From assembly GCA_031425615.1 (NCBI GenBank), contig JANPJR010000030.1, positions 18,492 through 82,491 of the forward strand: 64,000 bases of DNA, written 5' to 3'. The notes under the pieces are model-generated. The model searched no databases. It saw nothing but the letters and a program-made list of their open reading frames with translations, and had not been told where the DNA came from. Positions 47,904 to 57,873 of this stretch are shown here, one piece after another. Within the stretch, counting starts at the first letter, position 1; each line of letters starts with the position of its first letter. The DNA is from Cytophagales bacterium (GTDB taxonomy: Bacteria; Bacteroidota; Bacteroidia; Cytophagales; Microscillaceae). A program made the position numbers and the translations under genes.

Positions 47904-48509
47904 TTATTTTTTAATTTTTTTCATTTGAAAAATTGTATTCACAATAGGTGTAATAATGACTTCATTCGTTTTTTCGGGAATATAAAAAATATACATGCTA
48001 TTTTGCCCAATAATTTTTACATTTACGTCTTTGCCATTGTTGAATACAATATTAAAATCTGGTTTTACATTACCATCTTTTAGCATTTTTTTCAACTTTT
48101 CTCCCATGCCCATACCTATACCTGTATAAAAACCAAATACAAGAAATCCAACGAAAAACAAAAAACGCATTGGCTCTTGTTTTTTAGATTGGAGTTCCAA
48201 CTTTTGGATTTCTTCTTCTGCTAATCCTTCTGACGATTTTCTTTTTCTAATTTTTTTTTGGTGTTCTTTGGTAATAAATATATTCAAAAAATACATAAAA
48301 ATACTCATAACCACCAATACAGCAGGCACTAATATATTTCCTGTAAGCACATTGATAGGTGTAATCAAAATATCCAAAAAGCTGGAATAATGCAAAATAT
48401 TAATGTTTGCATTATTGTAAAAAATAATATCGTTAATCAAACCTGTCAAAAGCAGATACAGATAGCCCAAAGAAAGGTATTCTTGAATACTGATTTTTTG
48501 TGTTTCCAT
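47904..48509 (-). CDS. Hypothetical membrane protein
   Basis: Three to four predicted TM helices. Lys/Glu-rich linker. No domain recognised. Confidence 0.4.
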   Translation of the reverse strand: METQKISIQEYLSLGYLYLLLTGLINDIIFYNNANINILHYSSFLDILITPINVLTGNILVPAVLVVMSIFMYFLNIFITKEHQKKIRKRKSSEGLAEEEIQKLELQSKKQEPMRFLFFVGFLVFGFYTGIGMGMGEKLKKMLKDGNVKPDFNIVFNNGKDVNVKIIGQNSMYIFYIPEKTNEVIITPIVNTIFQMKKIKK

Positions 48510-48654
48510 GATTATTTTTTAATGGATTTTTTTTTAATAAAATGGGTTAAAACCTATTGCAAATTATGTTTTTTGACTGAAAAAATAAATTACTGAAAAA
48601 ACTGATAACTTTTTTATGCGTATTTATTCCCCCTTTGGAGGTTATTGGCTATTT

Positions 48655-49968
48655 TTAAGTATGCAAAACCCCTGCAATCGTCCCTGTAAGCATACACGCA
48701 AGACTCGCAGCGAGCAGGGCATACAAACCATATTTGGAAAGCGTAGCTTGTTGGTTTTTTGCCATTTCGCCAATGCCACCAATTTGTATTGCAATAGAAC
48801 TAAAATTAGAAAATCCGCAAAGCGAATAAGTAGCGATAATAACGGTTTTTTCGTCAAGTGTATGCTTGATAGTACCCAAGGTTTGGTACGCAATAAATTC
48901 ATTAATAGCAGTTTTTTGTCCCAAAAGACTTCCCATTTGCATACTATCTTTATAATCCACACCCATCACCAACGCCAAAGGTTGTCCTATTTGTCCAAAA
49001 ATATACTCCAAAGAAAATTCTTTAAAAATACCTCCTGAAATCTGTTCTACAAAACTATTTAAACCCAATAAACCGCCTACACTTTTACACATAGCATTGA
49101 GCATGGCAATCAACGCCACAAATGCGAGGAGCATTGCCCCAACGTTGAGTGCCAAAAATAAACCATCTCTTGCCCCATTGGAAAGTGCATCAAGGATATT
49201 TGAGCCAATTTGTTCTTTGTTCATTTCAAGGTCTTTTTTGACCAATTCGGGTTGGGTTTGTGGCACAATAATTTTTGCAAAAACCACCGCAGCAGGTGCA
49301 TTCATAATAGATGCACTCAATAAATGTGCTGCAAAAATTGCTTTTTGTGTTGCATCATCTCCGCCCAAAAAATCTACATACATCGCCATCACACCACCTG
49401 CAATAGTTGCCATGCCCCCTGTCATAAGGCACATGATTTCGGAGTGCGTCATCGTAGCAATATATGGTTTGACCAAAAGTGGTGCTTCGGTTTGTCCCAT
49501 AAAAATATTGCCCGCAGCAGAAAGACTTTCAGGTCCTGAAAGTCCCATCGTTTTGCTCATAACCCAAGCCAAACCGTATGCGATTTTTTGCAAAACACCC
49601 AAATAGTATAAACCAGACGATAAAGTAGCGAAGAAAATCACCGTTGGAAGCACCCTAAATGCAATAATTGTCCCAAAATTATGTTTGTAATAAGGCTCTA
49701 CACCTGTGCCTGTTGTACCAAGTCCTCCAAATACAAACCTTGCACCGTTTTCAGAAAAATTTAAAAGATTGACGAAACCGTTGCCTATTACCTGAAATAT
49801 GGCATTTACTTGTGGCACTTTTATAACCAATAACCCAAAAAATATCTGCAATACCAACCCAATGCCCACAAGTCGCCAATCAATTGCTTTTCTATTGGTA
49901 GAAAAAAGATAAGCAATACCCACCAAAACGCCCATGCCAAAAATGCCACGTAGTATATCTAAAACCAT
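48655..49968 (-). CDS. nupC: Concentrative nucleoside transporter, NupC/CNT family
   Basis: The N-terminus (LVGIGLVLQIFFGLLVIK) and the conserved C-terminal core (GFSNFSSIAIQIGGIG..., TLSKYGLYALLAASLACMLTGTIAGVL) are typical of NupC. Confidence 0.85.
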   Translation of the reverse strand: MVLDILRGIFGMGVLVGIAYLFSTNRKAIDWRLVGIGLVLQIFFGLLVIKVPQVNAIFQVIGNGFVNLLNFSENGARFVFGGLGTTGTGVEPYYKHNFGTIIAFRVLPTVIFFATLSSGLYYLGVLQKIAYGLAWVMSKTMGLSGPESLSAAGNIFMGQTEAPLLVKPYIATMTHSEIMCLMTGGMATIAGGVMAMYVDFLGGDDATQKAIFAAHLLSASIMNAPAAVVFAKIIVPQTQPELVKKDLEMNKEQIGSNILDALSNGARDGLFLALNVGAMLLAFVALIAMLNAMCKSVGGLLGLNSFVEQISGGIFKEFSLEYIFGQIGQPLALVMGVDYKDSMQMGSLLGQKTAINEFIAYQTLGTIKHTLDEKTVIIATYSLCGFSNFSSIAIQIGGIGEMAKNQQATLSKYGLYALLAASLACMLTGTIAGVLHT

Positions 49969-50090
49969 GCTGTTTTTATAATAAAAAAAAATCCAAAAAA
50001 TACTATTATTATAATATTTTAAAGAAAGGTTATGTAATGTTATTTTTGTTTATTTTTTTTCAAAGATATAAGAAATAAACATATAAAAAG

Positions 50091-50765
50091 TTAAAATTTG
50101 ATTTTTCCTGTGATAGAATTTACAAATTCCTCCAAACTTTTATTGTTTTTTAGAAATGGTTTTAAGGTTTTCATTTTTCGCATTTCATCTATGATTTTAT
50201 CTTTTTCTTTTTCTTTATTCACAATACCATTTTTTGATATTTTTTTTAATTCATGGTTCAATGTCCTTTTTGGGTCTGCGGATTTTGTTGTATTTTTTCC
50301 GAATTTTGCCAAAATCCATGCTTCTATTTCCTCAATCGCTATCGCATATAGCAGTTCATCTGCATAATTATTTTCAAGCCATTCATTTATAAAGTTTATG
50401 ACTTGATTTCGTAATTCTGTGGGGTAAGCATCGTTATTTTTTTCAGGTTTTTGAAAATCAAAATCTTGTTGGTCTATTTCCGCAGTATCCAAATGAATAA
50501 CCATATAATTTTGGTCATCTATGAAAAAAAACTTATCAAAATATGGTCTTGCGCCATTTTCATTTTTCATACACGCCTTTTTTACGCCTTGTAATGTACC
50601 TATTGTAGTTTCATTTGAATTTTCAGGGTTATTTTTATCTGTTTCGTCTGTTTGATTTTCAGGTTTTACCTGAATAATGTCGCTTTTATCTATCTTGCAA
50701 GCCTGCAAAATACCTGCAATTACTTCTTGGTCGCTTTTTCCTTCTGCAATAATGCCTACACGCAT
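50091..50765 (-). CDS. Small Toprim-like protein (DUF4276/RloB-like) partnered with the upstream ATPase
   Basis: N-terminal MRVGIIAEGKSDQEVI (E-G-x-x-D as in Toprim/OLD-family nucleases and DUF4276). Later acidic motifs (HLDTAEID, AIEEIEAWILA). Starts 17 bp after the ATPase stop. Confidence 0.5.
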   Translation of the reverse strand: MRVGIIAEGKSDQEVIAGILQACKIDKSDIIQVKPENQTDETDKNNPENSNETTIGTLQGVKKACMKNENGARPYFDKFFFIDDQNYMVIHLDTAEIDQQDFDFQKPEKNNDAYPTELRNQVINFINEWLENNYADELLYAIAIEEIEAWILAKFGKNTTKSADPKRTLNHELKKISKNGIVNKEKEKDKIIDEMRKMKTLKPFLKNNKSLEEFVNSITGKIKF

Positions 50766-50784
50766 AATTTTTTCTTTTTAAAGT

Positions 50785-51987
50785 TTAAAAATTTTTAGAA
50801 ATTGCCCCTAAAAAACCCCTTGTCCAAAGCTCTGAAAGTTTATATTTTTCGCCCAATTCATTTGTTTGGTTTGGTTTTATTTTGATGCGTTTGGTTTTGG
50901 TATGCCCATATTGGTTGCGTTTTACCTCAAATAAGCGAATTTCATCATCCAAAAGATTTAATCCATCAAGTATTGCAGGATTGTAGGTAGTAACCAATAT
51001 TTGTTTATCGTTTTCTTTGGCAAGTTTGCAGATTTCAGTCATAAGTTTGCGACAAAGATGCGGATTAAGACAGGATTCTATGTTGTCAATGGCAAAAAAC
51101 GAAGGTGTTTTGTGGCTTATCATCATGGTAAGATAAAAAAGCAGGTGTAAAATACCCTCGTTGGCGTTTTCAGATACAAAAACCAAATTTTTATCTTTGG
51201 GCATAAATTTATCCTTGAAATACAACAAAGATTTATTAAAATTTAGTTTGTGTCCCTCCAATTTTAATGTATCTTCTCCATCAACCAAAAAATCCTCAAA
51301 CCATTCCACAAAATAACTATAACTTTTGAGTTTTTCGGTTTCTTCTGGGGTTAAATTGGCTATCATTTCATCAAGATTTTCCCCAAAAAGCCCTTTTTGT
51401 GAATATGAAAAATTGCCTAATCCCCTAAGTGCTTGCGTATTGAGGGTGTAAAGGGCGTAATTGATAAGATTTTTAGCTATATTTTTTTCTTTTTCTTTAT
51501 TTTTTTTTACTATTTCAACAATATAATTCGCAAATCCTTTGTTCATTGCATCGTCATCTTTATTATTTTGTAATTTAAAAAGCATTTTTTCTAAAATATC
51601 ATTTTCTTGGGCAGAAATTTTTAAATTTTCACCCCAATAACTTTTGATGTATTCTAATTCGCTTGGTGTTGAAGTGCAATAAACTATTTTATTGTCTATT
51701 TTCAGGGTAATATCCACTGTATTTTTATTATCTTGATTTTTCTCATTCCCCTCATTTTCTTCAAACTGATTTACCATTAAAATAGGCTTTGTAACCCTAA
51801 TATTATTATTATGGAGAATATCACCATCAACATGGTCATATTTTTTTGAAACACTTGCAAAAGCCACCGCCTCCAAGATATTAGATTTTCCACAACCATT
51901 TTCACCAATAAACACATTCACACGCCCCAACGCAATGGTGTCACCAGCAATAGATTTGAAATTTTTGATGTGGATTTCTTCAATCAT
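50785..51987 (-). CDS. ABC-type AAA_21/AAA_15-family ATPase (SMC-like, OLD/AbiL-type N-terminal ATPase)
   Basis: IKNFKSIAGDTIALGRVNVFIGENGCGKSNILEAVAF (Walker A). Walker B/D-loop FAIDNIESCLNP. QILVTTYNPAILD resembles the TTHSP motif of this family. 400 aa. Confidence 0.8.
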   Translation of the reverse strand: MIEEIHIKNFKSIAGDTIALGRVNVFIGENGCGKSNILEAVAFASVSKKYDHVDGDILHNNNIRVTKPILMVNQFEENEGNEKNQDNKNTVDITLKIDNKIVYCTSTPSELEYIKSYWGENLKISAQENDILEKMLFKLQNNKDDDAMNKGFANYIVEIVKKNKEKEKNIAKNLINYALYTLNTQALRGLGNFSYSQKGLFGENLDEMIANLTPEETEKLKSYSYFVEWFEDFLVDGEDTLKLEGHKLNFNKSLLYFKDKFMPKDKNLVFVSENANEGILHLLFYLTMMISHKTPSFFAIDNIESCLNPHLCRKLMTEICKLAKENDKQILVTTYNPAILDGLNLLDDEIRLFEVKRNQYGHTKTKRIKIKPNQTNELGEKYKLSELWTRGFLGAISKNF

Positions 51988-52162
51988 TTTGTTTAATTTT
52001 TAGTTATTTTTTTAATTTTATTTTTAATGAAAAAAATTTTTCAAAGATACACAAAAATAAATATCTTTCAAATAATCCATTAAATAAAGGGTTTTTATGA
52101 AATATATATAAAATTTAAGCGTATTTTTGCAACAATTTATACCAAATTGCCCCTAAATTTTT

Positions 52163-52765
52163 ATGCGTATTTTACTGTTGTTTTTTAAGTTTTTTTGTTT
52201 GATTTCCGTGATTTTTTCCTGCCAACTTCCTGATGAACGTGCCATTGACACGCGTGAAGTAGCACAACAAGTGAAAGACCACAAACCAAAAAGAGTAACC
52301 GAAAATGAACTCCAAAAATGGCTTAATGTGAAATCCAATGTGTGGTTTGCCAAAATCCAACGCAGGTTATTAAAACAAATTACGCCTAATATTTCAGATT
52401 CCCTTTTAAGAAAAATACCTTTAAATCCTGAGTTAGATTCTTTGCAAAAAATCTACAAATTTGAACTTTTTTTTGTGTTGCCAAGCGACATAGAGAATCC
52501 AACAATGAAAGCAAGTTTTGACAAAATGCCCAAATACAAAGACGTTTTGTCTGCCCTCAAAACTTACCCACAAAATACGGAAGAAGTGCCAAATATTGTC
52601 AAAATCTCGTCTGCCTCAGCAATGGAAAAAGCCTACAAAACCAAAAACTATATTATACATTTTCCGCTACGTGTGGCTGAAAAAATGCGTGGAATTTGGG
52701 TAATTGTATATGAAAGAGAGCAGGCCATCAGGTTTTTTGATTATAAAGAAATATTATATAATTAA
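52163..52765 (+). CDS. Hypothetical lipoprotein (200 aa)
   Basis: ATG at 52163. The hydrophobic N-terminus ends in FSCQ (lipobox-like). No domain recognised. Confidence 0.4.
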   Translation: MRILLLFFKFFCLISVIFSCQLPDERAIDTREVAQQVKDHKPKRVTENELQKWLNVKSNVWFAKIQRRLLKQITPNISDSLLRKIPLNPELDSLQKIYKFELFFVLPSDIENPTMKASFDKMPKYKDVLSALKTYPQNTEEVPNIVKISSASAMEKAYKTKNYIIHFPLRVAEKMRGIWVIVYEREQAIRFFDYKEILYN

Positions 52766-52880
52766 TTGCCCCCTAATCACCAAAGAGGGATTTTTAAATA
52801 AAAAATACCAATCTATTTCCCCTTTTGAATTTACTCCCTTTGGGGGGGTGGGCTTTCACCACATTACAAAACTAATTTTT

Positions 52881-54062
52881 ATGCTAAAAATTTATACCAT
52901 CATTTTATTTTTAATCCTGCAACATGGATTTTTTTTGCAAAAAACCTTTGCACAAAAAGAAACTAAAAAAACAGAAAAGAAAACAGAAAAAAACCCTGAA
53001 AGACCAACAGAACTCAACGATACCATCAAAATCAATGAGGAAGCAAATGCACTCGCACAAGTAATGGCTGGGGTTGAAATAGAAAACAATAAAATAACCG
53101 AAAACGCTACTACAAAGCAACACGCAAAGGTTTTTGCAGAAAATTGGGAGAAATTGGAAAATACAAGACTTAAAAAATTACGTACTTGGCGTGATAATGA
53201 ACTCTCAAACATCAACCAAAATACCCAAAATCTATTTTATCCATTTTCAGGTCCTGATTTTCTCAATGCTTATATATTGTTCCCTAATTGTGATAATTAT
53301 TTGCTTTTTGGATTAGAAAAATCTGGCGAATTGCCAAAAATAGAAGAAATGAAAGGCGTTTTTTTGCAAAATTATTTGGCAAATGTGCGTAGTGCCTTGT
53401 CTGAAATTTTTTCAAGAAATTATTTCATTACACGCAACATGATGCAAAATGTATCTGCAAATCTCAAAGGTGTATTGCCTATTTTGGCGGTTTTTTTGGC
53501 AAAAACAGACAACGATATTATAAAAATTCAAAAGGTTTTTATAGAAAGGGGCGACAAATTAACCTATACTTCTTTGAAATTTCAAAGCAAATATAATTTG
53601 GTAAATGGACTTTACATTGAATTTAAAAACAAAAAAAAGAATAAAATCCAAAAAATGTATTATTTTGGAACTGATTTTCAAGATAAATCTATGGTAGGAA
53701 AACCAGAATTGGTACAGTTTATCAAAACCTTTGAAAATGTTACTACTTTGACCAAATCTGCCTCGTATTTGTTGCATGGAAGCGATTTTAGCACAATCCG
53801 CAATTTGGTTTTATCGCAAAGTGATGCAGTTGTGCAAGATGATACTGGCGTGCCTTTTCGTTATTTTAAACCTGCGGAATGGGAATCACAATTTTATGGC
53901 AAATACGCCAAACCTGTTAAAGATTTTAATTATGGTTATCAGCAAGATGTTGCCACAAAATTTAATACTGACAAAAGCATAAAAGCCATTGATTTTACGT
54001 TTGGGTATCATTGGTGGACAGACAAAAGTAGCGTGTTTAGGTATGTAAAGAAAAAGAAATAG
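52881..54062 (+). CDS. Hypothetical secreted protein (~393 aa)
   Basis: ATG at 52881 (MLKIYTIILFLILQHGFFLQKTFAQ signal peptide). The track ORF's 5' extension from 52704 merely translates the REP-like GC-rich motifs. Confidence 0.45.
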   Translation: MLKIYTIILFLILQHGFFLQKTFAQKETKKTEKKTEKNPERPTELNDTIKINEEANALAQVMAGVEIENNKITENATTKQHAKVFAENWEKLENTRLKKLRTWRDNELSNINQNTQNLFYPFSGPDFLNAYILFPNCDNYLLFGLEKSGELPKIEEMKGVFLQNYLANVRSALSEIFSRNYFITRNMMQNVSANLKGVLPILAVFLAKTDNDIIKIQKVFIERGDKLTYTSLKFQSKYNLVNGLYIEFKNKKKNKIQKMYYFGTDFQDKSMVGKPELVQFIKTFENVTTLTKSASYLLHGSDFSTIRNLVLSQSDAVVQDDTGVPFRYFKPAEWESQFYGKYAKPVKDFNYGYQQDVATKFNTDKSIKAIDFTFGYHWWTDKSSVFRYVKKKK

Positions 54063-54120
54063 AAATAGACCGCCAATCACCAAGGGGAATAAACAGCCTT
54101 TAACTGAAAAAACTAACAAC

Positions 54121-55347
54121 TTATACCATTTCTATTCTACATGATAATAGCGTAATATCATCATTGTAAGGTACATTTTGCCTAAAATCATCTAATTTTT
54201 GGATTAAAGATTCGTGCAAATCTATCAAATGTGTGTGTCTATTGGCTTTTAAAAATTCCAATAAACGCTCATCACCAAACTGTTCGCCTTGCGGATTATT
54301 CAGTTCTGTAACACCATCAGTAAAATGAAAAAGATAAAAATTTTTCAAATTATTAATGATTGTTTCCTCCAAAAATGGCAAAGGCTCAAATATACCCAGA
54401 ATCGTAGTACCTGTATCCAATATGTGTGTATGGTGGTGCTGAAAATCAAATAAAATAGGCGGATTATGCCCTGCATTGATATAGGTTAGCGTTTGTGTAG
54501 TGCTATCATACAATCCTATAAAAAATGTAATAAAATGCTCTCCTTGTGCATTGCGATAAATAGAATGGTTGAGTGCTTCCACAATTTGGCGAAGTTGTGT
54601 AGTTTGTCGCACCAACGTTTGCAAAGATGCTTGAAAATTGGACATCAACAACGCTGCGGGAATGCCTTTGCCTGATACGTCAGCAATGCACCAAAGGTGT
54701 TTATCTGCATCTATTACAATATAATCGTAATAATCACCTCCAATCAAATAATGTGGAAAATAAGTTGCTTTGATTTTAATTTTTTTATTAAAAGGCAATT
54801 TTTTTGGAAAAAGCAAACTTTGTACTTGTTGTGCGATTTGCATTTCACGTTGCAATCCTGCTTGTGCGATTTGCTCACGTACAAGTTTTTTGTTTTCTAT
54901 TGCCACCAAAATCACATTTGTAAGTGTTTCTATGAGGCGTGTATCAAAAGGTTCTGTATTGCGAATTTCTTGGGGATTAGGATTAAAAAATAAATATGCT
55001 AAGATTTTATCTTTGTGAAAAACAGGAATTACGATTTCAAAAACTTGGAATTTTTTGTCTTTAAAATCAACGTCTTTTGTATAAGTAAGGTTTTTAATGG
55101 ATAACAAAGGCGTTTGTTCCAAAGGAAAATTACTAAAATTAAATGTCGTACCAAAATTAACTTTGCACGCCCATTCTTTGTCCCACACATATAAAGCAAG
55201 TTTTTCCAGTTGTAATGTACCACGCAAGGTAAATTTATACATAGCATACAAAGAACTTTCAGGCATATTATTATTAATTGCCTCTGTAATCTCCAAAATA
55301 GCGTCTAATTCTAATTCTTTGCGTTGAAATTGTGCCTTAAAATCCAT
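54121..55347 (-). CDS. PP2C-type (SpoIIE/RsbU-family) serine phosphatase with N-terminal GAF-like sensor domain
   Basis: C-terminal PP2C motifs: GGDYYDYIVIDADKHLWCIADVSGKG..., HFITFFIGLYD..., INAGHNPPILF, FHFTDGVTE. Confidence 0.8.
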   Translation of the reverse strand: MDFKAQFQRKELELDAILEITEAINNNMPESSLYAMYKFTLRGTLQLEKLALYVWDKEWACKVNFGTTFNFSNFPLEQTPLLSIKNLTYTKDVDFKDKKFQVFEIVIPVFHKDKILAYLFFNPNPQEIRNTEPFDTRLIETLTNVILVAIENKKLVREQIAQAGLQREMQIAQQVQSLLFPKKLPFNKKIKIKATYFPHYLIGGDYYDYIVIDADKHLWCIADVSGKGIPAALLMSNFQASLQTLVRQTTQLRQIVEALNHSIYRNAQGEHFITFFIGLYDSTTQTLTYINAGHNPPILFDFQHHHTHILDTGTTILGIFEPLPFLEETIINNLKNFYLFHFTDGVTELNNPQGEQFGDERLLEFLKANRHTHLIDLHESLIQKLDDFRQNVPYNDDITLLSCRIEMV

Positions 55348-55667
55348 AAAATAATGCTTTGAAAACTAAATTGTGAAAACTATACCCAAAGAAAGTATTT
55401 TTTGTAAAATAAATCAAAAATTTTTGTATTTAAGATATTTTTTTTGATTTCTCTTATTCAAATATCATTTATTTAAGCCATACACCTGTATAAGAAAAAG
55501 AAAAAAAACTTTCGTTAAGTCAAACTATATATTCATCAAGCCAAATGCGCGTTTTGTAAAATATATACATTTTATTAAAAATATAATCTATAATTTTGCG
55601 TAATATATTTTAATATTTTTTTTTATAAAAACCTAAAAAACTATAACAATAAAAACCCCTAAAAAAA

Positions 55668-56381
55668 ATGAAAAAAATAAGTTTATTCCTTATCACATTT
55701 CTCATGGCATTATCTGCCTACGCCCAAAGTGCAAAAGGCACATGGTATTATTATAGTATTGGTGGCTCACGCCCAGAAAGCTATGAAGTGCAGAAAGTAA
55801 TTGTTTCAGACAAAGCCATTTCAGACAAATGCAGTACATCACCAGGTAGTTTTGACTTTGATTATGTGGTAACAAAAGTAATTGAAAAAGGTAGTGAAAC
55901 ACGATTTATTACCAAAGATGATGGAGGTTATAATGCTTTCGTTATCAAAAATATCACAGCAAAAGCTGCAAAAAAAGAGTTTATTACTGGTAAAAAAACG
56001 GAAGCAGAAGCCATAAATGCGAAAGTAAATGACAAAGATATGTCTGACTTATTCACAGAAGAAGGCTTCAAAGAACAAGAACTTAAACCTGTGCTTAAAT
56101 CACTCACGCGTGAAGAAGCCTCTGAAGTAATTGGTGGGCTTGAAAAAGGCATGGAAAACCTAAAAAAAGATGGAAAACTCAAAAATGAAAAAGATAAAGC
56201 TATGGCAGGGTTTGTGTTGATGTTGGCAGTACCAAAAATGTGGCTTGAGAAAAAAGGTTATAATGCATACAAAAGTTTGATTACGTTCTCAAAGGGTTTA
56301 GAAAGTTTTAAAGATGACCCTGAATTGAAAAAACGCATGGACGCTATTTTTGGTAACAATGCAAAAAAAGAAAAAAAATAA
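55668..56381 (+). CDS. Hypothetical secreted protein (Lys/Glu-rich)
   Basis: Signal peptide (MKKISLFLITFLMALSAYAQS). No domain recognised. Confidence 0.45.
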   Translation: MKKISLFLITFLMALSAYAQSAKGTWYYYSIGGSRPESYEVQKVIVSDKAISDKCSTSPGSFDFDYVVTKVIEKGSETRFITKDDGGYNAFVIKNITAKAAKKEFITGKKTEAEAINAKVNDKDMSDLFTEEGFKEQELKPVLKSLTREEASEVIGGLEKGMENLKKDGKLKNEKDKAMAGFVLMLAVPKMWLEKKGYNAYKSLITFSKGLESFKDDPELKKRMDAIFGNNAKKEKK

Positions 56382-56456
56382 GTGAAAAAAAATAATCTTT
56401 GGATTTTAAAATGATTTATCCACATTGTTGATAGCGAAATGCTGTAGCAATGTGGA

Positions 56457-57014
56457 TTATTCTTGTGTATTTTGTGAGAAATCTTTAATAATTGTTTTTA
56501 ATGCATTACCTATTTTATAGGGGAAAATATTTTTTATGGCGTAATTATACAGATTGAGATGCGTATTCATCACTTCAAACCAAATTTTGCCTTCAAAAGC
56601 CAATGTTAGAAAAATACAATCAATAGGCTGCCATGTTTCATTGATATAAACCAAATCCTGCAATGTTTCATAAGAACATTCTGTTACTTTTCCCTTTTCA
56701 AAAAACCTATTCCAATCTCTGTAAGGGTTATTTTTTAGGAAAAATATTGCTTTTTGACAATAAGGATTATCCGTTTTAGGATAACAAATGGCATAAAAAT
56801 CTTCTAAAAAAGGGATTAATTCTTTTTCAAGGATTTCATCTTTTATGTTGTAATGCAAATATTTATCTTCAAAATAAATATTGTAAATGTTTCCAATGCC
56901 ATTTGTTAGTTCAAAACATTCATTTATTTGTTTTTGTAGTGAAATTGCTTCTTGTTCATTTCCACAATTTACTTTAAAACGTATGCGAATACCTGTATAT
57001 AAATAAGTTTCCAT
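56457..57014 (-). CDS. Hypothetical protein (185 aa)
   Basis: ATG start. No domain recognised. Confidence 0.4.
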   Translation of the reverse strand: METYLYTGIRIRFKVNCGNEQEAISLQKQINECFELTNGIGNIYNIYFEDKYLHYNIKDEILEKELIPFLEDFYAICYPKTDNPYCQKAIFFLKNNPYRDWNRFFEKGKVTECSYETLQDLVYINETWQPIDCIFLTLAFEGKIWFEVMNTHLNLYNYAIKNIFPYKIGNALKTIIKDFSQNTQE

Positions 57015-57270
57015 ATTTATTTGTATTTTTGGTTAAAAAATTATTTTTTTTAAGTAAAAATACATAAAAAATAGATATTTCTGAAATAGTGATATAAAAA
57101 CATTCAAAAATTATTTTTTAAAATATTCTTAAAAACCAACCTAAAAATATGATTACTCAAAATAATTGAAGTTTCAAAATCCTTTTTTTTTTTTCTTTTT
57201 TATGCGTATCTTTGTTTTTAATTAAAAGTAACATTTTTTTTTCAACTTTTAAAAACAGCCCAATCCTATT

Positions 57271-57780
57271 ATGATAATATTTGGTAGTGGAGAACATTAT
57301 TCTCCAAAAAAAGATGGAAAAACTGTAGCTGAAAAATGCCCACATTGCGAAAAACATGTTTCTTTCTACGAAGTGGAAAAAGTGGAGTATATTTCCCTAT
57401 TTTTTATCCCTGTGCTTGATGCAAAAAAAGATACAAAACTACCCCCAAACAAACATCAAATGAAATGTCCAAATTGCGAAAATGTTTTTGTATTTTCGGA
57501 TATGAAAAATGCAAAAACATCTCAAAACACAGAAAATAATGACAATACAGTATGGGGTAATTTAAAAAAAACGTATAATTTTTTTACCAAAAAACCACAA
57601 GATAACCAAAAACAAGAAACACCAAAAAACTCAGGCAATCAGCAAAATAATCAACAATATAAACAAGATACAACCGCAAAATCTTATGTGGAACAGCTAA
57701 AAGAAAGAAATGAAAAAATACAACAAAACGTAGAAAGTGATTTAGAAAGGTTGAAAAGAGAAATGAACAACAAAAAATAA
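57271..57780 (+). CDS. Hypothetical zinc-ribbon protein (two CxxC pairs) with Gln/Asn-rich C-terminus
   Basis: CPHCEKH...CPNCEN spaced ~45 aa apart. Confidence 0.45.
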   Translation: MIIFGSGEHYSPKKDGKTVAEKCPHCEKHVSFYEVEKVEYISLFFIPVLDAKKDTKLPPNKHQMKCPNCENVFVFSDMKNAKTSQNTENNDNTVWGNLKKTYNFFTKKPQDNQKQETPKNSGNQQNNQQYKQDTTAKSYVEQLKERNEKIQQNVESDLERLKREMNNKK

Positions 57781-57873
57781 ATATTATCCAAAACTATTTT
57801 TTCATTTTCTTAGCTTACACGTACAAGACTTACCAAATTTTCTACATTTGGTAAGTCTTTTCTATTCCATTTT

